Source: an uncultured virus (IMG/VR IMGVR_UViG_3300042540_001084)
Lineage: Duplodnaviria; Heunggongvirae; Uroviricota; Caudoviricetes
IMG/VR virus record: IMGVR_UViG_3300042540_001084
Reading direction: 5' to 3' (one strand)
Length of the DNA stretch: 64,000 nt
Positions 48,491 to 58,865 of this stretch are shown one piece after another. Each line of letters begins with the position of its first letter. The stretch's first letter is position 1. The notes beneath the pieces are model-generated. The model made no database searches and had not been told where the DNA came from. It saw only the letters and a list, made by a program, of their open reading frames with translations. The translations under genes and the position numbers were made by a program.

Positions 48491-50177
48491 TTTTACTATA
48501 GTTCCATCACGTTTAAGTTTTAAGTCTGCACCAATATTAGACTCTCAAGTTACTATTGATTTAAATCAAACGCAGAAAGAGTTAATACAATTCGTTAGAA
48601 ACACATCAATTAGTCTTGCACAATTATATGAAGACGAAAGAGAAATTTCTGAAACTTATCGACCAACATTTAAAGTTGATTACATATACGACAACACCTA
48701 CACTGGAACCACAGATTATTTACCATTCCAATATAATCTTTTTTATGTTGACGCGGTACAGTCAAAACTTTCTGGGATATGGAAAGGGTTTCCACAATAT
48801 TATGAGTTTGATTTTTTTAGACCATATGTTAATGATAATCATTTTGTTTATGTTGCACAGAGCGCGTACACATACAATTGGACTTATTACATTACTCACG
48901 CAGCTGAAAATGATTATACAAAAAATATGGAGGCGACTTATAGTGGTAACACTCTAAATTTCCAAGCCCAAGATGGTATACCATTTGTGGTATTTAATTC
49001 TAAACAAGGTGGTGCAAATATAATCTCATTCCAATGTTTTATGCCTCACGGATTAACGGTTGCTGATTATGTTGAACTATCATTAACCTATAATGGAAAT
49101 CAAAAAGTTTTTAACGTATTTTCTTTAGGTGATTCGAAGTCAAATAGTAGTGAATACATTTTTAACTTAATTGACGTTGGATACACTGGTACAACTTTTA
49201 GTAATGGTACCTTAGGGACATTTAAAAGAATTGCCAATCCTGACAACTTAGAAACTAAGTCAAAGTATTATGTAAGAAGAAACAAAGTATTGGCTAATGA
49301 ATCAGACATATATGTTACTAAAACAGGTTTTGAATTAAACCCATTTAAAAATGTTAGACAATACGAATTTTCATCAATTACGCCTAATAATTTAGATAGG
49401 GTATCTAAAAAGACATCATCGTTAAATTATAACTTTACGATGAAAAAAGACTTGGATTTGAATGGTGTTGTTGATAACCAAAAGAGACCATTACCTGAAA
49501 TATTTTTATCGATAGTTAATAAGGGTTATAGCGGTTATTTTAATAAACCATTTAATAATAGTGGTTTAAAACAAGGATGGTTTTTTAATATAACTAAAGA
49601 TATTAATTCTTGGTGGGACGATAACAACTCATATTCAGATACTAACATAACCGTTTCAAGCCACACAAAAACAAATGGTTCAACAGAGACTTTTTATTAT
49701 AATAATGTTTTAAATATTGGTGATTTAATTGATGGTGATTTTTGTGAGTGGAATGATTATGAACAAATTGAGAGAGTGATATCACCATACATTCAAAAGA
49801 TAAAATTCAATCAAGATGTGTTTAAAACTGTTGATTCACCAACAGGAAATACGGGTGGATATTATTACAAAGTTCACTATCCAACAACTCTCAAAGTGTA
49901 TTCAAGTTATGTTGAAACAGGTGTTCCTGATATAACTGAAGACGTACCTAATTATGCATTCTATTCATCATCTGATAATCTTTTCAGATGGAGAGAACCG
50001 TATAGTGTTGGTGAGTTTGATGATAATAACAGAGGGGTTATTTACCCATTCTTAAACAATGCTCAATACCCTTTTGAGAGTGTTATATTCAAGTTAATTC
50101 CAGAAGGAAGTAATTATCAAGATATAATACAAGGGGTGTCTATTGGAGCACAACCAATTATTGACGACTGTGAATAA
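48483..50177 (+). CDS. structural protein, hypothetical
   Basis: 564 aa overlapping the upstream stop, aromatic/Asn/Thr-rich, in the baseplate operon. Confidence 0.65.
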   Translation: MNNFTIVPSRLSFKSAPILDSQVTIDLNQTQKELIQFVRNTSISLAQLYEDEREISETYRPTFKVDYIYDNTYTGTTDYLPFQYNLFYVDAVQSKLSGIWKGFPQYYEFDFFRPYVNDNHFVYVAQSAYTYNWTYYITHAAENDYTKNMEATYSGNTLNFQAQDGIPFVVFNSKQGGANIISFQCFMPHGLTVADYVELSLTYNGNQKVFNVFSLGDSKSNSSEYIFNLIDVGYTGTTFSNGTLGTFKRIANPDNLETKSKYYVRRNKVLANESDIYVTKTGFELNPFKNVRQYEFSSITPNNLDRVSKKTSSLNYNFTMKKDLDLNGVVDNQKRPLPEIFLSIVNKGYSGYFNKPFNNSGLKQGWFFNITKDINSWWDDNNSYSDTNITVSSHTKTNGSTETFYYNNVLNIGDLIDGDFCEWNDYEQIERVISPYIQKIKFNQDVFKTVDSPTGNTGGYYYKVHYPTTLKVYSSYVETGVPDITEDVPNYAFYSSSDNLFRWREPYSVGEFDDNNRGVIYPFLNNAQYPFESVIFKLIPEGSNYQDIIQGVSIGAQPIIDDCE

Positions 50178-50988
50178 AATAACATTAACCGTACCACGTA
50201 ATAGTGACAGGATTTTAAATATACCTGTTCAATTGGATTGGGAACTTCTCGACACCGAAAATGAAATCAATGCAATTCAAACTGAAATTGATAGGGATGT
50301 TGCTGGTAGACCTATAGACTTTGAAACTGATAGGTTTTCACATTCAGGTGTTACCGATGTTAACAATACTAATTTAGGTGTTTATGACACCAGTTTAAAT
50401 TATGATTTTTATTTCTTTTCGGGTGGCTCAATAAGTGGGACAGGTTCTACACAAAACTGGATTGTTGATTACAGAGCCGATGACTTCTCAACGGATGAGG
50501 TATATTACTTTTCAAATGGTTTTAAAAATTCATTTTGGAAACTTGATTATTATAACTCACCAAGTGATAAAGGTCAAACAATTTATTTAACTGTTATTTT
50601 ACCAGTAACCCAAGGTTTGAAAATGCCTGCTGTAATGCAAGGTCAGGATGTTTCAATTATGAAACCAAGTTATGTTTTGGATTGGGTTGGAGATAAAGAC
50701 GGTTATTTTATTTATTGGTTGAAATCACGAACATATTTGGATATAGATAAGTTTTATGTTTCTTGTAAGTTTTGGAACGCAAAAGACGGTTCATTTACAA
50801 GATTTGTTAATAGACCACAATCAGAACAAGTAACCAATAGTTTTGGCCCTAACTCATTATTTAATTTTTATTATTTAGTGGCTTTGGATTACCCGACTCA
50901 AACATACACAATGTATGATACAATAACTTTTGAAAGAGTTGGTACGGTGGCATCACCGATAAAATGGTATGAATATGTTGCACCCTAA
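50170..50988 (+). CDS. structural protein, hypothetical
   Basis: GTG at 50170 overlaps the upstream stop as in the neighbouring genes (track start 50143). Confidence 0.65.
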   Translation: MNKITLTVPRNSDRILNIPVQLDWELLDTENEINAIQTEIDRDVAGRPIDFETDRFSHSGVTDVNNTNLGVYDTSLNYDFYFFSGGSISGTGSTQNWIVDYRADDFSTDEVYYFSNGFKNSFWKLDYYNSPSDKGQTIYLTVILPVTQGLKMPAVMQGQDVSIMKPSYVLDWVGDKDGYFIYWLKSRTYLDIDKFYVSCKFWNAKDGSFTRFVNRPQSEQVTNSFGPNSLFNFYYLVALDYPTQTYTMYDTITFERVGTVASPIKWYEYVAP

Positions 50989-52055
50989 TGGATTATAGAT
51001 TTGTTGTATCACCTGAGTTTATAAAGTCTGACCTTTCACAAGTTACCGTAAATGGTGAAACTTATGGGGTTTATTCTGGTATGTCCCAAGTATTAAGTGG
51101 TGGTCCAAATGGAACGTCAATAATGACAGGACTTACCGTCCCAATTATGTTAACTGACACTACCATTGAAATGGGATATTATAGTCCTTTTGATGGAGCA
51201 GCTTTTCAATCAGATGTAACGACAAACTTTGTATTCTCATCAACCACTGCAAATCCATATTTGTTTACTGTTTATAACACCTCATCAGACTTAAAAAAAT
51301 TCTTGGAATTTTCTCAATACACTATTGATTGGGGAGACAATAGCCCGATTGAAAATTTTAATGGAGGGACACTTCAACATACATATCCTTTGTTCTCTTC
51401 TGGTTATACCATAACAATGAAACAGACTAATCCATTTGGAATTAATACTGTTAAAAAAGATGTTAAGGTTCCTTTCTCAAATACGGTTATTTACAACCCA
51501 CTTGGTAAAGCATTTTTCCAACCATTAGGTGGTAGTTGGTCCGCAACACCTGTTAGTTATGATTACATTTTTAGCGGTGACGCAATTAACACAATTGAGG
51601 CTCAAGAAACAAAATCATACGAACAAGTTCCTTTTGTTGTTTCTGGTAACACAACATCACAATTAAAAATGTTGGAACAATACGGAAACGTTCAATATAT
51701 TATTGGGGTTCCTGTAATTCAAAAAGGTGCGATTATTGGGGCAATAACTCAAATGAATCCTGTTTATACCGCATACACTGTAAATGGTGTTGATTACTAT
51801 GATTATGTTGACGGACAAACAATATACTTTGAAAATAGTAGTGGTTTTACAGAGGATAATATCACTGCGGTACCGATTATAAAAAACCCATTACTGATGA
51901 AATCTGTTGACCAACCACAAATAACAACAGATGTATATGTTGAAAGGGGTAAGATTGCTGCATATGAACCTGTTAGAAGAATTGGTGAGGTAGACAATTT
52001 AAGTGATATGATTAACTATGGATATGGATATTTTGTCATAGAAAAAAAGGCATAA
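50988..52055 (+). CDS. PKD/Ig-like domain structural protein
   Basis: YTIDWGDNS...LQHTYP...YTITMKQTNPFG is the PKD signature. Confidence 0.7.
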   Translation: MDYRFVVSPEFIKSDLSQVTVNGETYGVYSGMSQVLSGGPNGTSIMTGLTVPIMLTDTTIEMGYYSPFDGAAFQSDVTTNFVFSSTTANPYLFTVYNTSSDLKKFLEFSQYTIDWGDNSPIENFNGGTLQHTYPLFSSGYTITMKQTNPFGINTVKKDVKVPFSNTVIYNPLGKAFFQPLGGSWSATPVSYDYIFSGDAINTIEAQETKSYEQVPFVVSGNTTSQLKMLEQYGNVQYIIGVPVIQKGAIIGAITQMNPVYTAYTVNGVDYYDYVDGQTIYFENSSGFTEDNITAVPIIKNPLLMKSVDQPQITTDVYVERGKIAAYEPVRRIGEVDNLSDMINYGYGYFVIEKKA

Positions 52056-52082
52056 ACTATTTATTAAAATAAGAACTAAAAA

Positions 52083-52991
52083 ATGGCAATTGGAACATAC
52101 GGAACGATTAGACCGGCAGATGTCTCACCCGAAGATGTTGAGATAATCTTAAATTACACGCCATCGAGAGATGAGACTGAGGATTTTGTTCTCAAGACCC
52201 TTGACGCACCTTCAATATTGAGACCATACTTCAATAATGAACAAACAGGTGGAAATGCTAATGTTGAGATTTTGGGAGGTTTATACAACCTAACATTACC
52301 TGCAGATGAATTTACTGACATAGGAATCTACACTTTGATGATTAGACCTGCACAAATTAGAACCACAATTACTGATTGTGGTGTTCTTAGTGCATTACCT
52401 AACGTAAAAGGTATTATTGTAGACCTAAATAACGTGCCTTCACAATATAGAAATAAATTTGTACCACAAGGTCTTATAGGTTTTAGAATTGAGTATTTGA
52501 ATGCTGATGGTTCTAAAATACCAAACTTTTTTAGAATTGTTACATCTTGTTTTTATTGTGAACCTGTGGTTACAAATCAAATAAACACAACTCAAAAGGC
52601 GGTTAGATATAGATATGTTGATGGGGTAACAAATTTATTATTCCTAACAGTAACACCATCTTCATCACCAACAAATAAACCTAACGCAACACCATTTATT
52701 GGACAGCCAGGACAAGGTATCATTATCACAAATACCTACTTCAATCCTGTGACAGTTGAAATTGATATTGTTGAATACGATATCTCATCACTTGCAATTG
52801 CCCTTTACGGTAACCAAACCAAATCTATTGATGACGGTGTATACACAATGTATGATAGTCAAAACAACATTTACAAACAATACAACTTGTTTGAAATTCG
52901 TGACCAATTTAATGCGTTGTTATATGAAGTTCGTCAAGATAGAGGTAATAACATTGATTTCACTAAAAACTTCACGACGATTACAGGATAA
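52083..52991 (+). CDS. structural protein, hypothetical
   Basis: 302 aa preceded by TATTTAT at 52058; TAATG-coupled to the next gene. Confidence 0.65.
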   Translation: MAIGTYGTIRPADVSPEDVEIILNYTPSRDETEDFVLKTLDAPSILRPYFNNEQTGGNANVEILGGLYNLTLPADEFTDIGIYTLMIRPAQIRTTITDCGVLSALPNVKGIIVDLNNVPSQYRNKFVPQGLIGFRIEYLNADGSKIPNFFRIVTSCFYCEPVVTNQINTTQKAVRYRYVDGVTNLLFLTVTPSSSPTNKPNATPFIGQPGQGIIITNTYFNPVTVEIDIVEYDISSLAIALYGNQTKSIDDGVYTMYDSQNNIYKQYNLFEIRDQFNALLYEVRQDRGNNIDFTKNFTTITG

Positions 52992-55969
52992 TGGCAATTA
53001 ACAGCAACAAGTTTTTTTACCCACCAAGACCAGGAAATGGAACAGGTGCTTTTGACAACATCGTTGGATTCCAAGTTGTTGATGGGGGAGGTCTTACCTC
53101 GGCTGTTTTTGACTTTACAACAAGTGTAACCGAAAAAGTTAACAGAACCTTTTCAATCGGAACTTTTTCCGAACCAATAAATTTGGAAGGGTTAGACATC
53201 AACGATTTAAATGAGAGTAGAAGAATACAGGCAACACAATTCAGAGTGTATCCTAATTACGATGTCTCCCAAGTATTAAACTTTTCGTTGTATGGTTCTT
53301 TGGCAAAAAGATTTTCAGTATCAATCCAAAAGATAATTAATTTTTTTCCTGCTTCATTGGATGTGTATTATCTAATGACAGATTTTACAACTGGCGCTAC
53401 GGCGACAAATATTGTTTATGATTCTGTTGAAGACGAAACAATATTTAAAATCCCTGTTGAAAGAATTAATAATCCGTTTATAATAGATTTTTCGGTAAGT
53501 GCGACAACAAATTTAGCCGCTCGTGAAATTATTGCGTCGGAATATCGAGATATGACAAAGTCATATTTGAATTACGCTTTAACGTTCTCTGGAATTGATT
53601 ATCAAGTAATCGGATTTACACCAGCACAAAGTTTAAGTTCAGGTCAGATTCAACTGATTGTTTCAGGTCAACCATTTGGAACCGCAACAACAATATATGA
53701 CGACTACCTTGTCAAGTTAAACGACTATATTACGGACAAAGTATTTTTAGAGAATTTTGATGAGATTGAGAAATTCTTACTTAATAGACAAATCCAACCA
53801 CCATACACTGCAAATTTCCAAGTCCCAAGACAGAACGATGCGGGTCAGTTTTATACTGCTTACGACACGGTTACTTGGCCAAAAGATGGTCCTTGGAACT
53901 TAGACATTAGGTCGGCATCTTTTGATACTTATCTTGCCAAGTTGGCTGATATGGCTGAGTATTTGGATTCATTCAAAACAAACTTAATATCAAGATTTTT
54001 AGTTACGGATTCAATTAAAGAATTTGATACTATGGACCATAAAGTTGAAAAAGTTTTACAACTATATGGTAGAAGTTTTGACCAAATAAAACAATTCATT
54101 GATGCACTGGCATTTATGAATAACGTTAATTATGTTCCTCAAAACGATATTCCATCACAGTTATTGGTTAACTTATCAAAAACTTTAGGATGGTCTAACA
54201 ATTTCTCACCAATTACAAATGAAAACTTTTTAGATTCTGTATTTGGTAATACAGGTATAAGTGAATACCCTGGTTATGCGGCGTCATTAACACCTACAGA
54301 GTTAAACTATCAGTTCTATAGAAACCTTATTTTAAATTCTGCCTACCTATTCAAATCTAAAGGAACAAGAAGGTCCGTAGAATTCTTATTAAGATTAATT
54401 GGGGCGCCTGATGCTTTGATTGATTATAATGAGCACGTTTACTTGGCTGACCAAAGAATTGATATGGCGAAATTTAATACGCAATTCGCTCAGTTATCAG
54501 GTGGAACATACGTAAATACGGTACCAAGTTTAGATAGTGCAAACACTTATAAATTGAAAGGTGTTTTGTATAGTGCCTACACAACAAATACACAATATGA
54601 TGATGTGACAATATTGAGGGATGATTATCCTGTAGATATTTTTGGTTGGCCTAAAGCACCAACACCAGGATTGGGAACAAACTCAACATTCTTCCAAGAA
54701 GGCGCTGGTTGGTATGAACAAACTCCACAACACAGAAGTCCTAACGAATTACAATTAAATGGTTTAACATTTACGGGGGACAACACCAATATCCAAACAC
54801 AATTACAACCTTTCACTTATGGTGGAATTTACCTTCAAAGATTTGAACAATTCCCATATATGAAAGAGGGATTCAAAATTGTTAAAGTTGTTGATAATAA
54901 AAAATCTTGGTTAGATGATGACAATAAGTTAAGAGTTTCAGTTGAAGGTGGTTTTAATTCATATTACTATACCGATAACGATAAGCTAGTTCTTAACGTT
55001 AAAAACGTTGACATATTCTTAAACGTTGGACAAGGTTTTACTTACGATGTTTGGGACCAGTCAAACAAATACGACTATCCAATTCCATCATCAGGATTTA
55101 CTGCCGATTTCATATTCCCATATGGTGTTGATGATACGTTTATTGACCCCCAACCTCAGAGCAAAACATTCTTTGAATTTGCTCAGACTTTTTGGCAGAA
55201 TATGATTAACACTCGTAATAGGATGTATTCAAGTGACGGTAAGACTGGCGGATATCTAACACTGCAATCTATATTTTGGAAATACCTTCAATCAGAACAG
55301 ACAGTTGGATTACCTAACAACAAATACACGTATCAAAAACTTATTGAATATGTAAACTCGTTAGGTCCATATTGGATGAAGTTGATTGAAAATATGATAC
55401 CCGCCACAACAATTTGGAATTCAGGAACAAGATTAGAAAACTCTATTTTCCACAGACAGAAATATGTTTATAGAAGACAAAGGGGTTGTCAAATCATTCC
55501 TGTTCCTGCTGAACCTTGTTTCATCACAACAAACATTTTCGATTACGATTGTAATACGGAGTATGTGGACTTCTTTATTTACCCTTGGTTGAATGGAGAT
55601 ACTAATGTTTCAAGTTTCACGTCCATATTGAACAACAGAGTTGATAATTTCTTGACAGAGTCAGGTTTAACACTGACACAGTGTATTCAGAACTCAATTA
55701 ATTCTCAGTGGTATTTGGAGTTAAAAATTGGGGGACAGGTAATTATTAATCAATACTTCTATCAGGGTTATGGAATCAACGATGCACCAACAAACTTTAT
55801 GTGGAGAACAACCTTGATAGATAATTTATACAAATTATTCCAATATGGTTTTACTTATACCCTAAACGGTAATAAGTTGACAATAACAAATCTGAGTTGT
55901 GCGACTCAGAATTTACAAGACTCGGTAGAATTAAATGTCTGCATAAACTTAAGTATCAATTGTAACTAA
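52991..55969 (+). CDS. baseplate wedge gp7 / P2 gpI-like protein
   Basis: IPSQLLVNLSKTLGW and YLFKSKGTRRSVEFLLRLIG match the gpI/gp7 KGT motif. Confidence 0.7.
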   Translation: MAINSNKFFYPPRPGNGTGAFDNIVGFQVVDGGGLTSAVFDFTTSVTEKVNRTFSIGTFSEPINLEGLDINDLNESRRIQATQFRVYPNYDVSQVLNFSLYGSLAKRFSVSIQKIINFFPASLDVYYLMTDFTTGATATNIVYDSVEDETIFKIPVERINNPFIIDFSVSATTNLAAREIIASEYRDMTKSYLNYALTFSGIDYQVIGFTPAQSLSSGQIQLIVSGQPFGTATTIYDDYLVKLNDYITDKVFLENFDEIEKFLLNRQIQPPYTANFQVPRQNDAGQFYTAYDTVTWPKDGPWNLDIRSASFDTYLAKLADMAEYLDSFKTNLISRFLVTDSIKEFDTMDHKVEKVLQLYGRSFDQIKQFIDALAFMNNVNYVPQNDIPSQLLVNLSKTLGWSNNFSPITNENFLDSVFGNTGISEYPGYAASLTPTELNYQFYRNLILNSAYLFKSKGTRRSVEFLLRLIGAPDALIDYNEHVYLADQRIDMAKFNTQFAQLSGGTYVNTVPSLDSANTYKLKGVLYSAYTTNTQYDDVTILRDDYPVDIFGWPKAPTPGLGTNSTFFQEGAGWYEQTPQHRSPNELQLNGLTFTGDNTNIQTQLQPFTYGGIYLQRFEQFPYMKEGFKIVKVVDNKKSWLDDDNKLRVSVEGGFNSYYYTDNDKLVLNVKNVDIFLNVGQGFTYDVWDQSNKYDYPIPSSGFTADFIFPYGVDDTFIDPQPQSKTFFEFAQTFWQNMINTRNRMYSSDGKTGGYLTLQSIFWKYLQSEQTVGLPNNKYTYQKLIEYVNSLGPYWMKLIENMIPATTIWNSGTRLENSIFHRQKYVYRRQRGCQIIPVPAEPCFITTNIFDYDCNTEYVDFFIYPWLNGDTNVSSFTSILNNRVDNFLTESGLTLTQCIQNSINSQWYLELKIGGQVIINQYFYQGYGINDAPTNFMWRTTLIDNLYKLFQYGFTYTLNGNKLTITNLSCATQNLQDSVELNVCINLSINCN

Positions 55970-58437
55970 TGGCTTTAGGTTATTATTTTTTCCAAAACTG
56001 TTGTGACTCCTCAGACTATAGAGTTTTTGAGATTGAGTTAACAAACTTTAGTTTGGGCGATTGTGTTGTTTACAATAGTACTTGTTATGCGAGAACTTCG
56101 GTACCGACTTCGGGACCTGGTTCTGACACGTTCTTAAATCCTGATTATCCTAGTTGTGCGGTTTGTAAGGCATCGGTTCCGTGTCCGACATCCACACCAA
56201 CGCCAACACCAACCGTAACACCAACTCCAACAGTTACTGTTACACCAACACAAACACTAACTCCGACTCCATCAATTACCCCAAGTATTACACCGAGTGT
56301 TACACCATCAGGACCTTTTGGTAATGGTGGGGCGTTTGATTATTATCTGTCGGTAACTGGAGCTTGTGACAATGGAACGGGTACAGTTCAGATATTTGGA
56401 ACAGGAGGAGTTCCACCTTATACCTTTGATTGGTATAGTCCTAATTTAGGTCTTGGAGATTACAAGACAGGACTTGCAGCCGGAAACTACTTGGTTAGAG
56501 CGAACGACTCTACATTGCCAATAAATAATGAATTTTATATCAACATTCCTGTATCTTCAGGATGTTGTACAACAGTCACAGGCGTACAATCAACAACTTG
56601 TGGTTCAGACAATGGAGCGGTGACGGGTACTTGCTCAAGTGTTTATTCCTCGGTTAATTATTATTTGTATACAACTGATGACGATTTTGTTGCTTCTCAA
56701 ACGGTCAACACAAACACGGTAGTGTTCTCAAGTTTATCTGCGGGAACTTACTACTTGGAGGCAGTTGACTTGGGTGGTTGTACTTGTAGAAGTTCAGACT
56801 TCATAATCGAAAGTTCGGTTACTTACGATTATGGACTCTATGTGGTACCAAACGCTGCTTGTGGTCAGAACAATATTGGTAAGATTTATGTTACAGGACA
56901 AACGGGTATAGGACCCTATTCTTACCTATGGAGTAATGGACAAACCACAGACAGTATAACAGGATTAACTGAAGGTGTTTATTCGGTTACGGTTACAGAC
57001 TACAACGGGTGTAGTTTAACCAAACAAGGAATTGTCACCCGAGTTGAACCTGTTGGGTTTGGTTCATTTTCTGCAACAACCCCGAGTTGCTTCAATGCCA
57101 ATGGTTCATTAACCTTAACAATTACTGGTGGAACTGCGCCATACTATTATTCAGCGTCTACGGGGGCTCAAGAAATTAGTTATAGTCAGACATATACACT
57201 TTCAGGGTTAAGTAGTGGTAACTATGGATTTACTGTTACGGACGCTGGTCTTTGTTCATTCACACAAGAAACAACTTTAACAAGTCCTAATGGTATACAA
57301 TCCGTTAATGTATCAACACAAAACTCTTATTGTAATTCTAACAACGGATTAATCTTGGTTAGTTTATTGGGTGGAACTGCACCCTATACATATACATTAG
57401 TTGATGACCAAGGTAACACCACATCACAATCATCTAACTTTACACAGTATACCTATTCTGATTTAACTGGAGGTGACTATACAATTTTTGTTCAAGATAG
57501 TTCGGGTTGTTTATTCACACAAGATGTTACCATTTTAACACAAGATAAATTTACAATTGCATTACAAACTTCGGGTTCTACTTGTGGAAATCCTTATGGT
57601 AGTATTAATATTGTTTTATCTTCAGGTGGAACAAGTCCATATGATTATTCTATTGACGGTATTCAAACAATTATTGATACGCCTTTAACTGCGGTTACGT
57701 TTAATAATGTTGCGCCTGGTCAACACGTTTTAAGTGTTACGGATGCTTCAGGATGTACACAATACAAACCATTCACAATTACAACAACGCCAAGTGTTCA
57801 GTTCTCATTATACAGTACGTCTTGTGGAACTGGTAATGAAGGAACAATTACAGCGTTTATTTCTAGTGGAGTTCCACCATTTACATTTGATTGGTCTGAT
57901 AATGTTGCGGGTAATCCACAACAGATAACAGTTTCAGGTTTAACGGGTGGTACTTATGGATTGATTGTAACTGACTCTAATGGTTGTTCAAACGCAGCAC
58001 AAACGATTATCGATTGTGATGCGACGTATGTATCACTCCAATGTTATACAATGGGTTCAGAAACCTTCAATATCGTTTCACCAACCAAACGAGGTATCAA
58101 TCAAATATTAGTTGAAGGATTTAACGACTTAACATCAGGTAATACGGATTGTTCGATTAACACCGCAATTTATACCGCTAAAGTCCAAGTTCAACCACTC
58201 AACACTATTTTAACAACAACATTCTATACAGGAACAACATTGGTTGATGTACCAAGTGATAATTTATGGTACAACACAATTACCACAATGTTGGAAAGTA
58301 TTAACGGGGTTTCAAATGTTACAGTTAACCCATTAACCAATCAAATTACTATTCAGGCAACTCAAGGAGGTCCTTTAACTGACCAAGAAATTACTGTTGA
58401 GTTACTTATAGTTTATGACATTATTTGCCTACAATGA
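55969..58437 (+). CDS. SprB-repeat surface/adhesin-like virion protein with a TP linker
   Basis: About 7 units of GGxxPYxY/W...GxYxVxVTDxxGC; Cys-rich N-terminus and TP repeat at 56185-56310. Confidence 0.8.
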   Translation: MALGYYFFQNCCDSSDYRVFEIELTNFSLGDCVVYNSTCYARTSVPTSGPGSDTFLNPDYPSCAVCKASVPCPTSTPTPTPTVTPTPTVTVTPTQTLTPTPSITPSITPSVTPSGPFGNGGAFDYYLSVTGACDNGTGTVQIFGTGGVPPYTFDWYSPNLGLGDYKTGLAAGNYLVRANDSTLPINNEFYINIPVSSGCCTTVTGVQSTTCGSDNGAVTGTCSSVYSSVNYYLYTTDDDFVASQTVNTNTVVFSSLSAGTYYLEAVDLGGCTCRSSDFIIESSVTYDYGLYVVPNAACGQNNIGKIYVTGQTGIGPYSYLWSNGQTTDSITGLTEGVYSVTVTDYNGCSLTKQGIVTRVEPVGFGSFSATTPSCFNANGSLTLTITGGTAPYYYSASTGAQEISYSQTYTLSGLSSGNYGFTVTDAGLCSFTQETTLTSPNGIQSVNVSTQNSYCNSNNGLILVSLLGGTAPYTYTLVDDQGNTTSQSSNFTQYTYSDLTGGDYTIFVQDSSGCLFTQDVTILTQDKFTIALQTSGSTCGNPYGSINIVLSSGGTSPYDYSIDGIQTIIDTPLTAVTFNNVAPGQHVLSVTDASGCTQYKPFTITTTPSVQFSLYSTSCGTGNEGTITAFISSGVPPFTFDWSDNVAGNPQQITVSGLTGGTYGLIVTDSNGCSNAAQTIIDCDATYVSLQCYTMGSETFNIVSPTKRGINQILVEGFNDLTSGNTDCSINTAIYTAKVQVQPLNTILTTTFYTGTTLVDVPSDNLWYNTITTMLESINGVSNVTVNPLTNQITIQATQGGPLTDQEITVELLIVYDIICLQ

Positions 58438-58760
58438 CACAGATAAGAATTGAAGCGGTTACGGGAGAAACTCCAATATATGTTTATGTTTCTGATGTTT
58501 ATGGAAATAATGAATCATTAATTGGTACAATTACCAACACAGGTTTAATACCTCCCGCAGCAAATTTTTATCCACCAAGTTTATTCAATAATGCTCCTGC
58601 TGTTATGGTTACTTTAATCGATAACAGAGGATGTAAAAAGTTTGAAATTATTGATTGTAGCTATGGATGTGGATTTGATATTTCTGTGGAAATCGCATCT
58701 TGCACCTATACAATTTCTGTTACTGCCGAGTCTTGTGATTATAGTATTACGGTCGATTAA
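58434..58760 (+). CDS. small Cys-containing structural protein (degenerate SprB-like unit)
   Basis: ATGA overlap with the upstream stop; VTGETPIYVYVSD...VTLIDNRGC. Confidence 0.6.
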   Translation: MTQIRIEAVTGETPIYVYVSDVYGNNESLIGTITNTGLIPPAANFYPPSLFNNAPAVMVTLIDNRGCKKFEIIDCSYGCGFDISVEIASCTYTISVTAESCDYSITVD

Positions 58761-58865
58761 GATGTATGAATACTAATAATCTTGAGGATTATTTTTCCCT
58801 TTTCAAAAAAACTTACTAAAAACGATTTTTGAAACAAGGAAACCTATGTATTTATATTAAAAAAA

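Noticed and set aside
2191..57928. Numerous 60-170 aa track ORFs nested in or antisense to long genes
   Set aside because: They overlap well-supported genes and show no motifs or initiation context.
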